A stretch of DNA of 15,440 nucleotides from Campylobacterota bacterium (GTDB lineage: Bacteria > Campylobacterota > Campylobacteria > Campylobacterales > Sulfurimonadaceae): assembly GCA_034717975.1 (NCBI GenBank), contig JAYEMF010000068.1:1-15440 (forward strand), written 5' to 3'. Each line of letters opens with the position of its first letter. Positions within the stretch are counted from its first letter, which is position 1. Under the pieces are notes generated by a model that saw nothing but the letters and a program-made list of their open reading frames with translations, had not been told where the DNA came from and did no database searches. The position numbers were made by a program, and so were the translations under genes. Below are positions 7,254 to 15,440 of this stretch, one piece after another.

Positions 7254-8546
7254 TTAAAACTCTATCCCCAGACCGAGAAGCATCTGATAATCATCTTGAT
7301 CAGGCACACTTCCGTCAGACGCTTCTCTGGGTTTTTGAAGATGATCCCAGATCAGACTGATATCCAGGTCCAGCCAGCCGGTCAGTTCATTTTCCAGGGT
7401 AAAGACCATATGGTGTTTATACCGTCCTGCCTCTTCATCACTGAAGGTACCTTTATAACTGAACTCCAGATCGGTTATCTTGGTCAGCTCCACATCCAGC
7501 AGGGTGCTTATCTCCAAAGCTGCTGATCTTGTCGCATCGTCCGATCCCTCGGCAACCGTATAATAGTGAGTCTGGACAACCGCCGGACCGCCCGATACGT
7601 CCCACTCTACCCGATTGGTGTCGACAATGGTGTAACCAATACCGACGCCCGCCGTATATTGATGCTTGATATTTAAAAACTCATCCGTATAGTATTCGGC
7701 AAAGAGCGGTGTCCAGAAGAAGCGGCGGCTAAGATAGATATCGAACTTCTCATTGATACGGTGATCGTTGGCCGTCTCTTCACTCTCTTTTTTAGAGATA
7801 CGCCCAAGATAGTCCAGTCGTAAACGGCTCTCTCCCGTACGGCGATTGAGGTTCGCTTTTGCCGTGTAGTCAAACTGATCTTTATTGCCGGAACGTTTAT
7901 CCAGGGAGAGGGTGATTTTTCCTGACCAGAGATGTCGTTCAAGTTCGCCTGATGGAGCAGCGGAGATGATCTGATCACGGGGAAATTCATACCTCTTGTC
8001 ACCTTGAATGATCGTGATCGTCTTATCTTTCAGACGAATGATCCCGGTAAATGAAGCCACATCTTCAATATTGACACTGAGCCTGTGATAACTTCTGATC
8101 TGGGCAATATCTTCAAAATCAAAAGTGTATATCCCCACCTCATCACTGTCAAACTCAAGTTCTTTGTCATAGAGTGCTTTGATCTCGCCTTTGAACCACT
8201 CACCCGATTTGGTCTGCACCCAGTCCCATCCATCTTTAGGAGTCGGTGAAAGCTCTTCCCATCTGGACTGGATCTTTGAGACATCGACCGTGCCGTTGCT
8301 ATCGGTTGCCTGGATCACCTCTTCAATGCTGACCTGCTTCTCTTCCTTATCCGCTTTTTCGGCGATATCACGCACCTCATCATCTGAGAGTCCCGAGGTA
8401 TCTTCAATGACAATGTTGTCTGCAGAGGCCACCATCTCTGATTGTGCCAGTTCGACAGTTTCATCCTGCCAAAGGAACGCACTGTCTGAAGCATTGGCGA
8501 AAAGGGTAAAAGGAATTAAAAAGCTTATGAGCAAGAGGTATCGCAT
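7254..8546 (-). CDS. DUF481 (YdiY-like) outer-membrane beta-barrel protein with N-terminal extension
   Basis: Signal peptide, acidic region, DWVQTKSGEWFKGEI small beta-domain, amphipathic strands (SGN, GVGIGY, GGPA) and C-terminal LGLGIEF beta-signal. Confidence 0.8.
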   Translation of the reverse strand: MRYLLLISFLIPFTLFANASDSAFLWQDETVELAQSEMVASADNIVIEDTSGLSDDEVRDIAEKADKEEKQVSIEEVIQATDSNGTVDVSKIQSRWEELSPTPKDGWDWVQTKSGEWFKGEIKALYDKELEFDSDEVGIYTFDFEDIAQIRSYHRLSVNIEDVASFTGIIRLKDKTITIIQGDKRYEFPRDQIISAAPSGELERHLWSGKITLSLDKRSGNKDQFDYTAKANLNRRTGESRLRLDYLGRISKKESEETANDHRINEKFDIYLSRRFFWTPLFAEYYTDEFLNIKHQYTAGVGIGYTIVDTNRVEWDVSGGPAVVQTHYYTVAEGSDDATRSAALEISTLLDVELTKITDLEFSYKGTFSDEEAGRYKHHMVFTLENELTGWLDLDISLIWDHLQKPREASDGSVPDQDDYQMLLGLGIEF

Positions 8547-8569
8547 TTTTCACCGATTTTTTTGGAGAA

Positions 8570-8578
8570 ATTATAGCA
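8570..8578 (-). promoter_or_regulatory. Extended -10 promoter of the 430-aa DUF481 gene
   Basis: Minus strand TGcTATAAT, 23 nt upstream of the ATG. Confidence 0.7.
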
Positions 8579-8624
8579 AGTTTCAAAAAATCGTCTTTTG
8601 AAACTTACCGGGGGCCTACGGTAA

Positions 8625-9398
8625 TTAAAATTTCCAGATCAGCGAGGTCTTGGTCATCCTATCCTGTTTTTTCACTCCCGCTGGCGGTCTGGAATCATAA
8701 TCGATCTCATAGATAAAACTCAAATAAAGCTCATAGACAACATGCACTTCCAGTTCCGCCATAAAGGAGGTATAGTGGTCGCCTGACTCCTCAAACGAGG
8801 GCTGATAGTACCCGACCAGATTGACTTCGGCACTGTCACTGACAGTGTGGGTATAAGCCAGATAACTGTTTAGACGTGTCGTGGACTCGTCTGCTTCGGC
8901 AACGGTTCCGGCCGGTGCTGTGGGACTGACCGTATAGTTATTGTTCTCATGAAAAGCCCCAAGACCAAGGTAGAGTTTTCCCCACTCGGCATCGCTTAAA
9001 AATCGCCAGCGGATTCCGCCGCCGATGAGCAGGCGTCTGTCAATGCCCTTAAAGACATTCTCTTTCCCCTGAAAGAAAAGTTCACCGTACAGGGTCTCTT
9101 CATTAAGCTTGTGTAGGTAACGAAGATGGGTGTACTTTTGATCTTCTGTTTTGAGGCCATAGGTCTCCGTACGCTCATACGAGGCCTGAAAAAATGTCAG
9201 ATAGCTCTGATTGCTGTCATACTGCACTTTGCCGCTGAAGTCATACTCATCTTTTTCGGTATTACCGCTTTTGGAGACATACGAGCCCGCAACATTTCCC
9301 GATACGCCCGGCTTGCTTCCGACTTCAACCGGAGCTATATCTACAATGGCCCACATCTGGGTTGCAGCCACTAAAAATACCCATACTAAAAAATGCAT
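8625..9398 (-). CDS. DUF481 (YdiY-like) outer-membrane beta-barrel protein
   Basis: Signal peptide, SGNT motif, HLRY, GGGIRWRF, YYQP and terminal aromatic residue (LIWKF). ATG 9398 has an AGGA SD; ATG 9404 is the alternative start. Confidence 0.82.
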   Translation of the reverse strand: MHFLVWVFLVAATQMWAIVDIAPVEVGSKPGVSGNVAGSYVSKSGNTEKDEYDFSGKVQYDSNQSYLTFFQASYERTETYGLKTEDQKYTHLRYLHKLNEETLYGELFFQGKENVFKGIDRRLLIGGGIRWRFLSDAEWGKLYLGLGAFHENNNYTVSPTAPAGTVAEADESTTRLNSYLAYTHTVSDSAEVNLVGYYQPSFEESGDHYTSFMAELEVHVVYELYLSFIYEIDYDSRPPAGVKKQDRMTKTSLIWKF

Positions 9399-9426
9399 GT
9401 TCATCCTATTCTCAATTTTTTTTGGA

Positions 9427-9435
9427 ATTATAGCA
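9427..9435 (-). promoter_or_regulatory. Extended -10 promoter of the shorter DUF481 gene
   Basis: Minus strand TGcTATAAT followed by an A-rich leader. Confidence 0.7.
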
Positions 9436-9452
9436 AAATAGCCCTATTCCTT

Positions 9453-10070
9453 TTAAACATAGCGGACTATGGATTCAGGCGGCAGCCGGTAATGCTCACC
9501 CTGCTCATTCAGACGGTAACCAAAGGCGACAATAAGGGCAACAGAGTGATCAGCCTCAAGTTCAAGCGCTGCTTCGACCTTCTCTTTTTCAAATCCCTCG
9601 ATCGGGCAGCTGTCGATCTTCATCGATGCCGCACCGGTCATCATATTGGCCGCGGCGATGTAGGCCTGCCGTGCCGTCCATGATGCCACGCCATCTTCGG
9701 CGGCTTCCTTCGGTGCCATGTAATCACTGTAGACCTGAACATATTTTGCTTCGAATTCGGCATCCAACCCGCGTCGGGAGAACATCGTTTTGACATACTC
9801 CGTACCGCCTTTCACAACAGCATTGTCTGTCGTGATAATAAGCAGATGACTGCACTCCGTGATCTGCGGCTGATTCCAGCAAGACGGTCGCAACTTCTCT
9901 TTCACTTCATCACTCTTGACGACGATGAATCTCCATGGTTCCATACCAAACGATGAGGGGGAAAGCCGACCGATCTCCAGGATCGTCTCAAACTGATCCT
10001 CCGGGATCTTCTGACCGTTAAACCGTTTACACGCATGACGAAAATCCATAGCTTCCATAAATTCAGACAT
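9453..10070 (-). CDS. NAD(P)H-dependent FMN nitroreductase (NfsB/FrxA-like)
   Basis: FRHACKRF, LSPSSFGMEPWRF, NQPQI, IDSCPIEGF and VAFGYR motifs. SD AAGGAG. Confidence 0.93.
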   Translation of the reverse strand: MSEFMEAMDFRHACKRFNGQKIPEDQFETILEIGRLSPSSFGMEPWRFIVVKSDEVKEKLRPSCWNQPQITECSHLLIITTDNAVVKGGTEYVKTMFSRRGLDAEFEAKYVQVYSDYMAPKEAAEDGVASWTARQAYIAAANMMTGAASMKIDSCPIEGFEKEKVEAALELEADHSVALIVAFGYRLNEQGEHYRLPPESIVRYV

Positions 10071-10377
10071 ATCTACTCCTTGTAGTTTCTACTGCTTCCG
10101 CAAGCATTTTATAATGAAATTGCTGATCAACCGGCACGTTCTCCATTAACGGCAGATATTTCATATAGGTTTTCCATGCACGCATCGATGGCTCCGGACG
10201 GCCGCGCTTGATCAGCTCGAAGGAGACCGAGGCATTGATGAAACCTTTAAGCAGCAGAACATCATCCGTTTTTTCAAAACGGCGGGGGAACCAGAAGGCT
10301 TCAAGCACTTCATGGGCATCATAAAATCGCTCCTCTCTCAGACAGAGCAGGTACGCTTCAACTGCCTCACGCATCAT
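10063..10377 (-). CDS. DUF309 family protein
   Basis: FYDAHEVLEAFW...LLKGFI motif. ATG 10377 has a GGAG SD and is preferred over the TTG at 10464. Overlaps both neighbours. Confidence 0.8.
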   Translation of the reverse strand: MMREAVEAYLLCLREERFYDAHEVLEAFWFPRRFEKTDDVLLLKGFINASVSFELIKRGRPEPSMRAWKTYMKYLPLMENVPVDQQFHYKMLAEAVETTRSRYV

Positions 10378-10693
10378 TGATCTCCATATACTTTCGCCAA
10401 TATCCCCGACCGCCGTACAGTGAGATACAGTGATGCTTTGGAAACTTTTTACGGTACTCCTCAAGACGCTCTTTTGTCACTTTCCCGGTATCACAGTAGA
10501 AGAGGAAAACAGAACCTTCCGGCTCATGTGTGAGTTCATAAGGGTTATAGAGAACGGTTTGGGCACGTTCAATCGGAGAGAGGATGGTATCGATCAGGAG
10601 AACCTTTACCCCGATCTTCCCAAGGCGCTCTTTTTCGCGTAAAAACTCCTCTTGCGTCCACTCATCCGGAAACGTTTCAGCCATATCGTTCAC
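10367..10693 (-). CDS. Small rhodanese-like domain protein
   Basis: LLIDT, VFLFYCDTGKVT (Cys loop) and ISLYGGRGYW resemble the rhodanese fold. Start is GTG 10693 or ATG 10684. Confidence 0.6.
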   Translation of the reverse strand: MNDMAETFPDEWTQEEFLREKERLGKIGVKVLLIDTILSPIERAQTVLYNPYELTHEPEGSVFLFYCDTGKVTKERLEEYRKKFPKHHCISLYGGRGYWRKYMEINDA

Positions 10694-10778
10694 TTTTTTT
10701 ATTAGAAGGATAACGCAAGCTCCGTACTATTTGACTGAAAAAAACAGGCTGGATAAGAGAGCTTGCTTTCGAGGTGGC

Positions 10779-10808
10779 TTTAACCCTTATTTAGCTACCA
10801 TTTCTTCA
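10779..10808 (+). promoter_or_regulatory. Putative promoter of the helicase, probably leaderless
   Basis: TTTAACC-cttatttagc-TACCAT (10796-10801)-ttcttca-ATG (10809), with no SD. Confidence 0.5.
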
Positions 10809-13616
10809 ATGGCAAAGAAAAAGAAAAAACTCTCAAAACTCAATACTGCTGTACGAACCTTCTTCGATGGTTTAGGCTTTGATGAGGGCATCGACCTGGT
10901 TGATCGTCATACTCTGATCGAGCTTACCCACGTGATTGGCATCATCCCGGACAGTCTCGAGAAAGAGCAGCTGGTCCGCCTCTTCCGCCGGCTCTGGTCC
11001 GATGCCGACCTCACCGTCCGCCACATCATCGTCGACTTTTTCAAAGCACAGAAAAAGATCTACAAAAGCACTCACCCCAAAGAGCATGCCATCGAAAAGA
11101 GCGAGAAGATCGATATGTTTCTTACCGAGATGGATGTCACCGAGGCGGAAGCCAAGGCGCTGCACAACGCCTTTATGGATGTGCGTACCAAAAAGATCAA
11201 CCGCGGCAAACTGGAGCAGAAGCTTGCCCATATGCGTTTTGACATCAAGAAAAAAACAGTTGAAAAAGCGGTTGACGGCCAGTTTGACCTTGAAGACCGC
11301 CTCCTCTTTCATCACCCCTTCAGTTACTCAATCTTCGGCGAAAGCTTCAAAAAGATCCAGCCGGTACGTTCGGGTATCTTCTCCTACACCTATCTCAATG
11401 AGACCCCGTCCGAGACACTGATCGAAGAGCTGACAGCCATTAAAACAGAACTAACCAGACAGAAACAGCAGTTAGTTGACGAATTTTTAATGCAGCTCGC
11501 CCAGAGGCATTCTTATCTAAGTGAGGAGGATATCATCGCCGCACTCAAGTCGTCACCGCCAAGCGAGCACCTTACCCTTCCTCCGTTACAAGATTCCATC
11601 TTGAAGAAGGTCCTGCTTGAGAAGCTGCCGGGCAGTGATGTTCAGCAGAGCGAGTATGAAGTCCTGGTCACCTATAACACCTCGTTTGTTCCTCCTCACA
11701 CGACGCAGAAAGTTCCCTATACCCTGCACCTGGCACTGGAGAAACAGGCACTGCTTGGCAACATCTGGCACTCGGATCCGATCGATATCACGGTTGAACT
11801 CGAAAGTGCCAAAGCGCAAAGCGAGGAGCAGTTTCTTTTTGAACTGGGCCATCTTATCGATGCGTGCTCCGAACAGGCAAAGCTGCTGAATTTTGACACG
11901 GTGACACTCTATGAGAAGGTGTATGAAGAGCTGCTGCCGCTGATCCATGACAATCTGCATATCACAGCAAAGATGAGTAGAAAAGTTCTCTTTCACTTCA
12001 ACCAGAGCATTCAGCAGGCCCTGCTCAAACGCCAGCGTCAGGAGCTTCTCGGGCGCACTATCCGCGACTTTAAGAACCTCTTTCCGGTTGCCAGAGAGAT
12101 GCGGCGTCGACTGATCTTTCACACCGGACCGACCAACAGCGGCAAGACCTATGAGGCGATGCAGCATCTCAAGAAAGCCGATACCGGCTACTACCTCGCT
12201 CCGCTGCGTCTATTGGCGCTGGAGGGGTATGAAGAGCTGAAAGAGAACGGAGTGGATGTCTCACTCATTACCGGTGAAGAGCAGCTTCTTAATGATGAAG
12301 CGACGCATATCAGCTCTACCATCGAGATGCTTAACTTCGACGTTGATGTTGACGTCTGTGTAATCGATGAAGTGCAGATGATCGGCGACCGTGACCGCGG
12401 CTGGGCCTGGGCCAATGCCATCATCGGGGCACCGGCAAGTACCATTATCATGACGGGTTCTACCAATGCCATCGACGCCGTTACGGCTCTCGCCGAGTAC
12501 CTGGAAGAGCCGCTGGAGATCATCCATTTTGAACGCAAGACTCCACTGGAGCTGATGCGCCATGCAACGCCGATCACAAGCATTAAACCGGGAACCGCCA
12601 TTGTCGCCTTTTCACGCAAAGAGGTCCTGCGGCTCAAGCAGCAGCTGGTACGCTACTATAAAGTGAGTGTCGTCTACGGCAACCTCTCGCCTGAAGTGCG
12701 CCGTGAAGAGGCAAGACGATTTCGTGAGGGGGAGACGGAGATCCTCGTGGCAACCGATGCCATTGCCATGGGACTGAACCTCCCGATCCAGACCATTCTC
12801 TTTGCCCGAAGCGATAAGTTTGACGGCGAGTCCCAACGGGATCTCACCCCATCAGAGGTCCATCAGATCGCCGGTCGCGCCGGCCGTTACGGCTTAAGTG
12901 AGCGAGGTCATGTCGGCGCTTTGAAACCCGACGTACTCCAGGTCATCCACCGCGAATTCCCCCATCCTGCCAGAGCGGTCAAGATACCCTTTAACGTCAG
13001 TGCCAACCTCGAGCATATCAAACTCGTCGGTGCCATTTTGGAAGAGGAGTCACTTACGGAGATTCTTCACTTCTTTGTCAAAAATATGCACTTTACCGGA
13101 CCGTTCCGTGCCACAAACTTGGAGAGCATGGCCGAGACCAGCGAGATCGTTGACCACTACCGGCTCGACCTGCCGAGCAAATACCACCTCGCCTGCGCAC
13201 CGATTACCACAAAGTCGCCCTACATCATGGAGTCGTTTGAACGCTACGTCAGAGCGCTTGAACAGCATAAACCCGTTGCCTACATTCCGCCATCAAACCT
13301 GGGAGATCATGCCATCACCATGGAGCAGCTGCTTGAAGCCGAAGATCGTGTAAAAGAGATCTCCCTCTATCTCTGGCTCAGCTACCGCTTTGGCGACTAC
13401 TTCATTGATGCCGACAAGGCACGCCGGTTTCGGGGGGTCTTAAACCGTTATATAGAGAACTCGCTAAAACAGAGTGAATTCGTCCCGCGCTGCCGCCAAT
13501 GTACCAAGCCGCTGCCGATGAATTCACAGTACGCCATCTGTCAAAGCTGTTTCAGAAAGTTAAATATGCAAAAACGTGCAGCAGACAGACCTGAGGGCCG
13601 AAAGCGTAAGCGATAG
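10809..13616 (+). CDS. SUV3-like superfamily 2 RNA helicase with long N-terminal domain and C-terminal Cys4 motif
   Basis: GPTNSGKT, APLRLLA, STIEM, IDEVQMI, RGWAW, ATDAIAMGLN, QIAGRAGR and LYLWLSYRF motifs; CRQC-x12-CQSC tail. Start set at M76 of the listed ORF because the upstream part overlaps the opposite-strand gene and promoter. Confidence 0.92.
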   Translation: MAKKKKKLSKLNTAVRTFFDGLGFDEGIDLVDRHTLIELTHVIGIIPDSLEKEQLVRLFRRLWSDADLTVRHIIVDFFKAQKKIYKSTHPKEHAIEKSEKIDMFLTEMDVTEAEAKALHNAFMDVRTKKINRGKLEQKLAHMRFDIKKKTVEKAVDGQFDLEDRLLFHHPFSYSIFGESFKKIQPVRSGIFSYTYLNETPSETLIEELTAIKTELTRQKQQLVDEFLMQLAQRHSYLSEEDIIAALKSSPPSEHLTLPPLQDSILKKVLLEKLPGSDVQQSEYEVLVTYNTSFVPPHTTQKVPYTLHLALEKQALLGNIWHSDPIDITVELESAKAQSEEQFLFELGHLIDACSEQAKLLNFDTVTLYEKVYEELLPLIHDNLHITAKMSRKVLFHFNQSIQQALLKRQRQELLGRTIRDFKNLFPVAREMRRRLIFHTGPTNSGKTYEAMQHLKKADTGYYLAPLRLLALEGYEELKENGVDVSLITGEEQLLNDEATHISSTIEMLNFDVDVDVCVIDEVQMIGDRDRGWAWANAIIGAPASTIIMTGSTNAIDAVTALAEYLEEPLEIIHFERKTPLELMRHATPITSIKPGTAIVAFSRKEVLRLKQQLVRYYKVSVVYGNLSPEVRREEARRFREGETEILVATDAIAMGLNLPIQTILFARSDKFDGESQRDLTPSEVHQIAGRAGRYGLSERGHVGALKPDVLQVIHREFPHPARAVKIPFNVSANLEHIKLVGAILEEESLTEILHFFVKNMHFTGPFRATNLESMAETSEIVDHYRLDLPSKYHLACAPITTKSPYIMESFERYVRALEQHKPVAYIPPSNLGDHAITMEQLLEAEDRVKEISLYLWLSYRFGDYFIDADKARRFRGVLNRYIENSLKQSEFVPRCRQCTKPLPMNSQYAICQSCFRKLNMQKRAADRPEGRKRKR

Positions 13617-13617
13617 C

Positions 13618-14220
13618 CTATTTTAAAAGGTCGCCATAATCAAATCGCTGCGGGTCAAGATGAAGTTTTCCCGCTTCAACAATAATCCGCTCATCTTCCG
13701 AAGCATACTTTTTAAATCGTGCCTTGATCTTCTCTTTCTGCTTGGCTCTATACCCTTTGAGCTTCAAAAACTCTTTAAGCGTAACAAGGCTTGATTCCGG
13801 AACACTGCTCTCAATCACCTCTGCTGTAACAGCCTCTTCAATCACACTATCCATCGTTGCCTGAGTCAGGAACTTCGATGCCACCACCTGAAGGACACTG
13901 CGCAGCTGCTCATCGCGCTCTTTGTATATCTGCTCGACCTTGTCACGCTCATCGATCAGCATCTGTTCGCGCTGATCACGGAGTGTCTGTGTCTCGTTCT
14001 CAAGCTTGGCTATGCGGGTTTTGAGCGCTTCGTTCTCCTTCTCGATATAGTCGTGGTAACGGCTGTCCGGCGTAGCTGTTTCACGCTTGTCCCCGATTAA
14101 CACATACTTCACGCCATGATCGATCACGCAGTCAAGCGATCCTCTACGGATACGGTTGTGGATCGCCTCTTTCGAGATATTGAAGTGTGCGGCAGCTTCG
14201 GCTACGGTCATCTTGCTCAT
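13618..14220 (-). CDS. Putative DNA-binding protein: N-terminal HTH (MerR/excisionase-like) plus coiled coil
   Basis: MTVAEAAAHFNISKEAIHNRIRRGSL HTH and heptad-rich EKENEALKTRIAKLENETQTLRDQREQ. SD AAGGA. Confidence 0.8.
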   Translation of the reverse strand: MSKMTVAEAAAHFNISKEAIHNRIRRGSLDCVIDHGVKYVLIGDKRETATPDSRYHDYIEKENEALKTRIAKLENETQTLRDQREQMLIDERDKVEQIYKERDEQLRSVLQVVASKFLTQATMDSVIEEAVTAEVIESSVPESSLVTLKEFLKLKGYRAKQKEKIKARFKKYASEDERIIVEAGKLHLDPQRFDYGDLLK

Positions 14221-14230
14221 ATTGATTTCC

Positions 14231-14265
14231 TTCTCTCTTTCCTCTTCACGCTTTCCCCTTTCCTG
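14231..14265 (-). repeat. Degenerate heptamer array, 5 units
   Basis: Plus strand TTCTCTC TTTCCTC TTCACGC TTTCCCC TTTCCTG; purine-rich on the mRNA strand. Confidence 0.65.
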
Positions 14266-14276
14266 CGATAGCTTTG

Positions 14277-14774
14277 CTAGCGCATATTATCAAACACCAG
14301 TGGTGCCTCCCACTCCATGCCGCGGATGGTCTTCATCACCAGCTGCAGATCATCGATCTGTTTACTCTTGACGCGGATGGTGTCACCTTCGATCTGTGCG
14401 GTCACTTTTTTCTTGAGGTTCTTGATCTCGGCAACGATCTTCTTCGCCTCTTTGGACTCAATGTAATCGACTACTTTAAAAGTTGCTTTGCGCGTATTAC
14501 CACTGGCATCTTCAACACGCAGTTCATCCAGGACTTTGGAACTCAGTCCATGCTTGACAAGTTTGGCGATGACAATGTCTTTAAGGGCATCGAGTTTGTT
14601 GTCACTTGAAGCGATAAGAATGAGTGCTTTCTCACTCTCTTTGTAGGTGACCTCATAGGTCGTTCCTTTAAAGTCGTAACGGTTGCTTACTTCACGGTCA
14701 ACTTGACTGAGGGCATCTTTAAAGGTCTGAAGGTTGATTTTTGCAGATATATCGAGGGAGTGTTCTTTGGCCAT
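14277..14774 (-). CDS. yajQ: YajQ family nucleotide/c-di-GMP-binding protein
   Basis: HSLDIS, NRYDFKGT, AKKIVAEIK, KVTAQIEGDTIRV, DDLQ and C-terminal F.N.R; 165 aa. Confidence 0.95.
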   Translation of the reverse strand: MAKEHSLDISAKINLQTFKDALSQVDREVSNRYDFKGTTYEVTYKESEKALILIASSDNKLDALKDIVIAKLVKHGLSSKVLDELRVEDASGNTRKATFKVVDYIESKEAKKIVAEIKNLKKKVTAQIEGDTIRVKSKQIDDLQLVMKTIRGMEWEAPLVFDNMR

Positions 14775-14802
14775 AAATTCTCTTTGTTAGTGATAATAAC
14801 CG

Positions 14803-14825
14803 AGTATAACAAATGCTCACTTAAG
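14803..14825 (-). promoter_or_regulatory. Extended -10 promoter of yajQ
   Basis: Minus strand cTTAAGtgagcattTGtTATACT. Confidence 0.7.
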
Positions 14826-14838
14826 CGTTTTATGAATG

Positions 14839-15417
14839 TCAGGCACCTTCTTCATGTTGTTCAAAAAACCAGTAAAAAGCGAACATCAGTCCCGGTGTTT
14901 TTGCCTTTGATTCATCATAGACAAAGCTCCTGGCTTCACTAAGCGGTATCCACTCCAAAATGATCTCTTCCGTCTCGATCCCGCCGCCATCATGTTCTTT
15001 CATACTCTCGTCGATTTCGGCATAAAAGAGGTGCTGCCTGGAGCCTGACACCCCTACGTTGGTAAAAAACGAGGTGATCTTTTCAATGCGTTCAATCGGT
15101 ACATCATACCCGCACTCCTCATCGATCTCCTCTTTGGCGATCTGCATGAGCGAGCTCTTTTTATCGACTATTCCGGCACACAGCTCATAGGTGACAGGAT
15201 AGTTTTCATCATTCATAAAAACCGGTGGACGAAACTGTTTGACCAGTAGAAAGGACGCTTTCTCTCTGTGGTAGAGCAGTACGGAGACACTGTCATGGCT
15301 CTGCACCGCTTCCCAGCTGCGTGCCTTGCCGTTTTGCATGTAGCTGATGCGTACCGGTTTGACAAAATGCGTCTCTTCCAGCGGTCCGATCGAAAAACTT
15401 GTTATATTAAATGGCAT
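14839..15417 (-). CDS. NUDIX hydrolase (ADP-ribose/UDP-sugar pyrophosphatase-like)
   Basis: HDSVSVLLY, LVKQFRPPV and the Nudix box ELCAGIVDK...AKEEIDEECGY; GGG..EEI. SD AAGGAG. The TTG at 15420 is an alternative start. Confidence 0.92.
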   Translation of the reverse strand: MPFNITSFSIGPLEETHFVKPVRISYMQNGKARSWEAVQSHDSVSVLLYHREKASFLLVKQFRPPVFMNDENYPVTYELCAGIVDKKSSLMQIAKEEIDEECGYDVPIERIEKITSFFTNVGVSGSRQHLFYAEIDESMKEHDGGGIETEEIILEWIPLSEARSFVYDESKAKTPGLMFAFYWFFEQHEEGA

Positions 15418-15440
15418 CAAACTCCTTTCGTCACTCCTGC

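Noticed and set aside
10584..10808. 75-aa N-terminal extension of the helicase ORF
   Set aside because: Overlaps the opposite-strand gene and the divergent promoter region; ATG 10809 fits better.

Overview
Chromosomal window of a Campylobacterota bacterium, probably Sulfurimonas/Sulfurovum-like, inferred from gene content and TGnTATAAT promoters with an upstream TTAA(C/G) box. It is mostly core genes. Minus strand: rsmA-rnj; a CetB-like PAS gene paired with a membrane MCP carrying a C-terminal CZB domain; two tandem DUF481-type outer-membrane proteins; a rhodanese-like/DUF309/nitroreductase operon; a NUDIX hydrolase, yajQ and an HTH/coiled-coil gene. Plus strand: RDD, MFS and a large SUV3-like SF2 helicase. 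The most notable signals are non-coding. (1) A probable unannotated minus-strand sRNA (~3135-3267) has its own promoter and three stem-loops that each expose CUCCU (anti-SD); it overlaps a 24-codon antisense sORF. (2) rsmA, RDD and the helicase look leaderless. (3) A 181-bp TTAA-flanked MITE-like element sits between two convergent stop codons. (4) There are degenerate heptamer arrays and REP-like hairpins. No CRISPR array, tRNA, rRNA or transposase was seen. All calls come from manual reading, without database searches.
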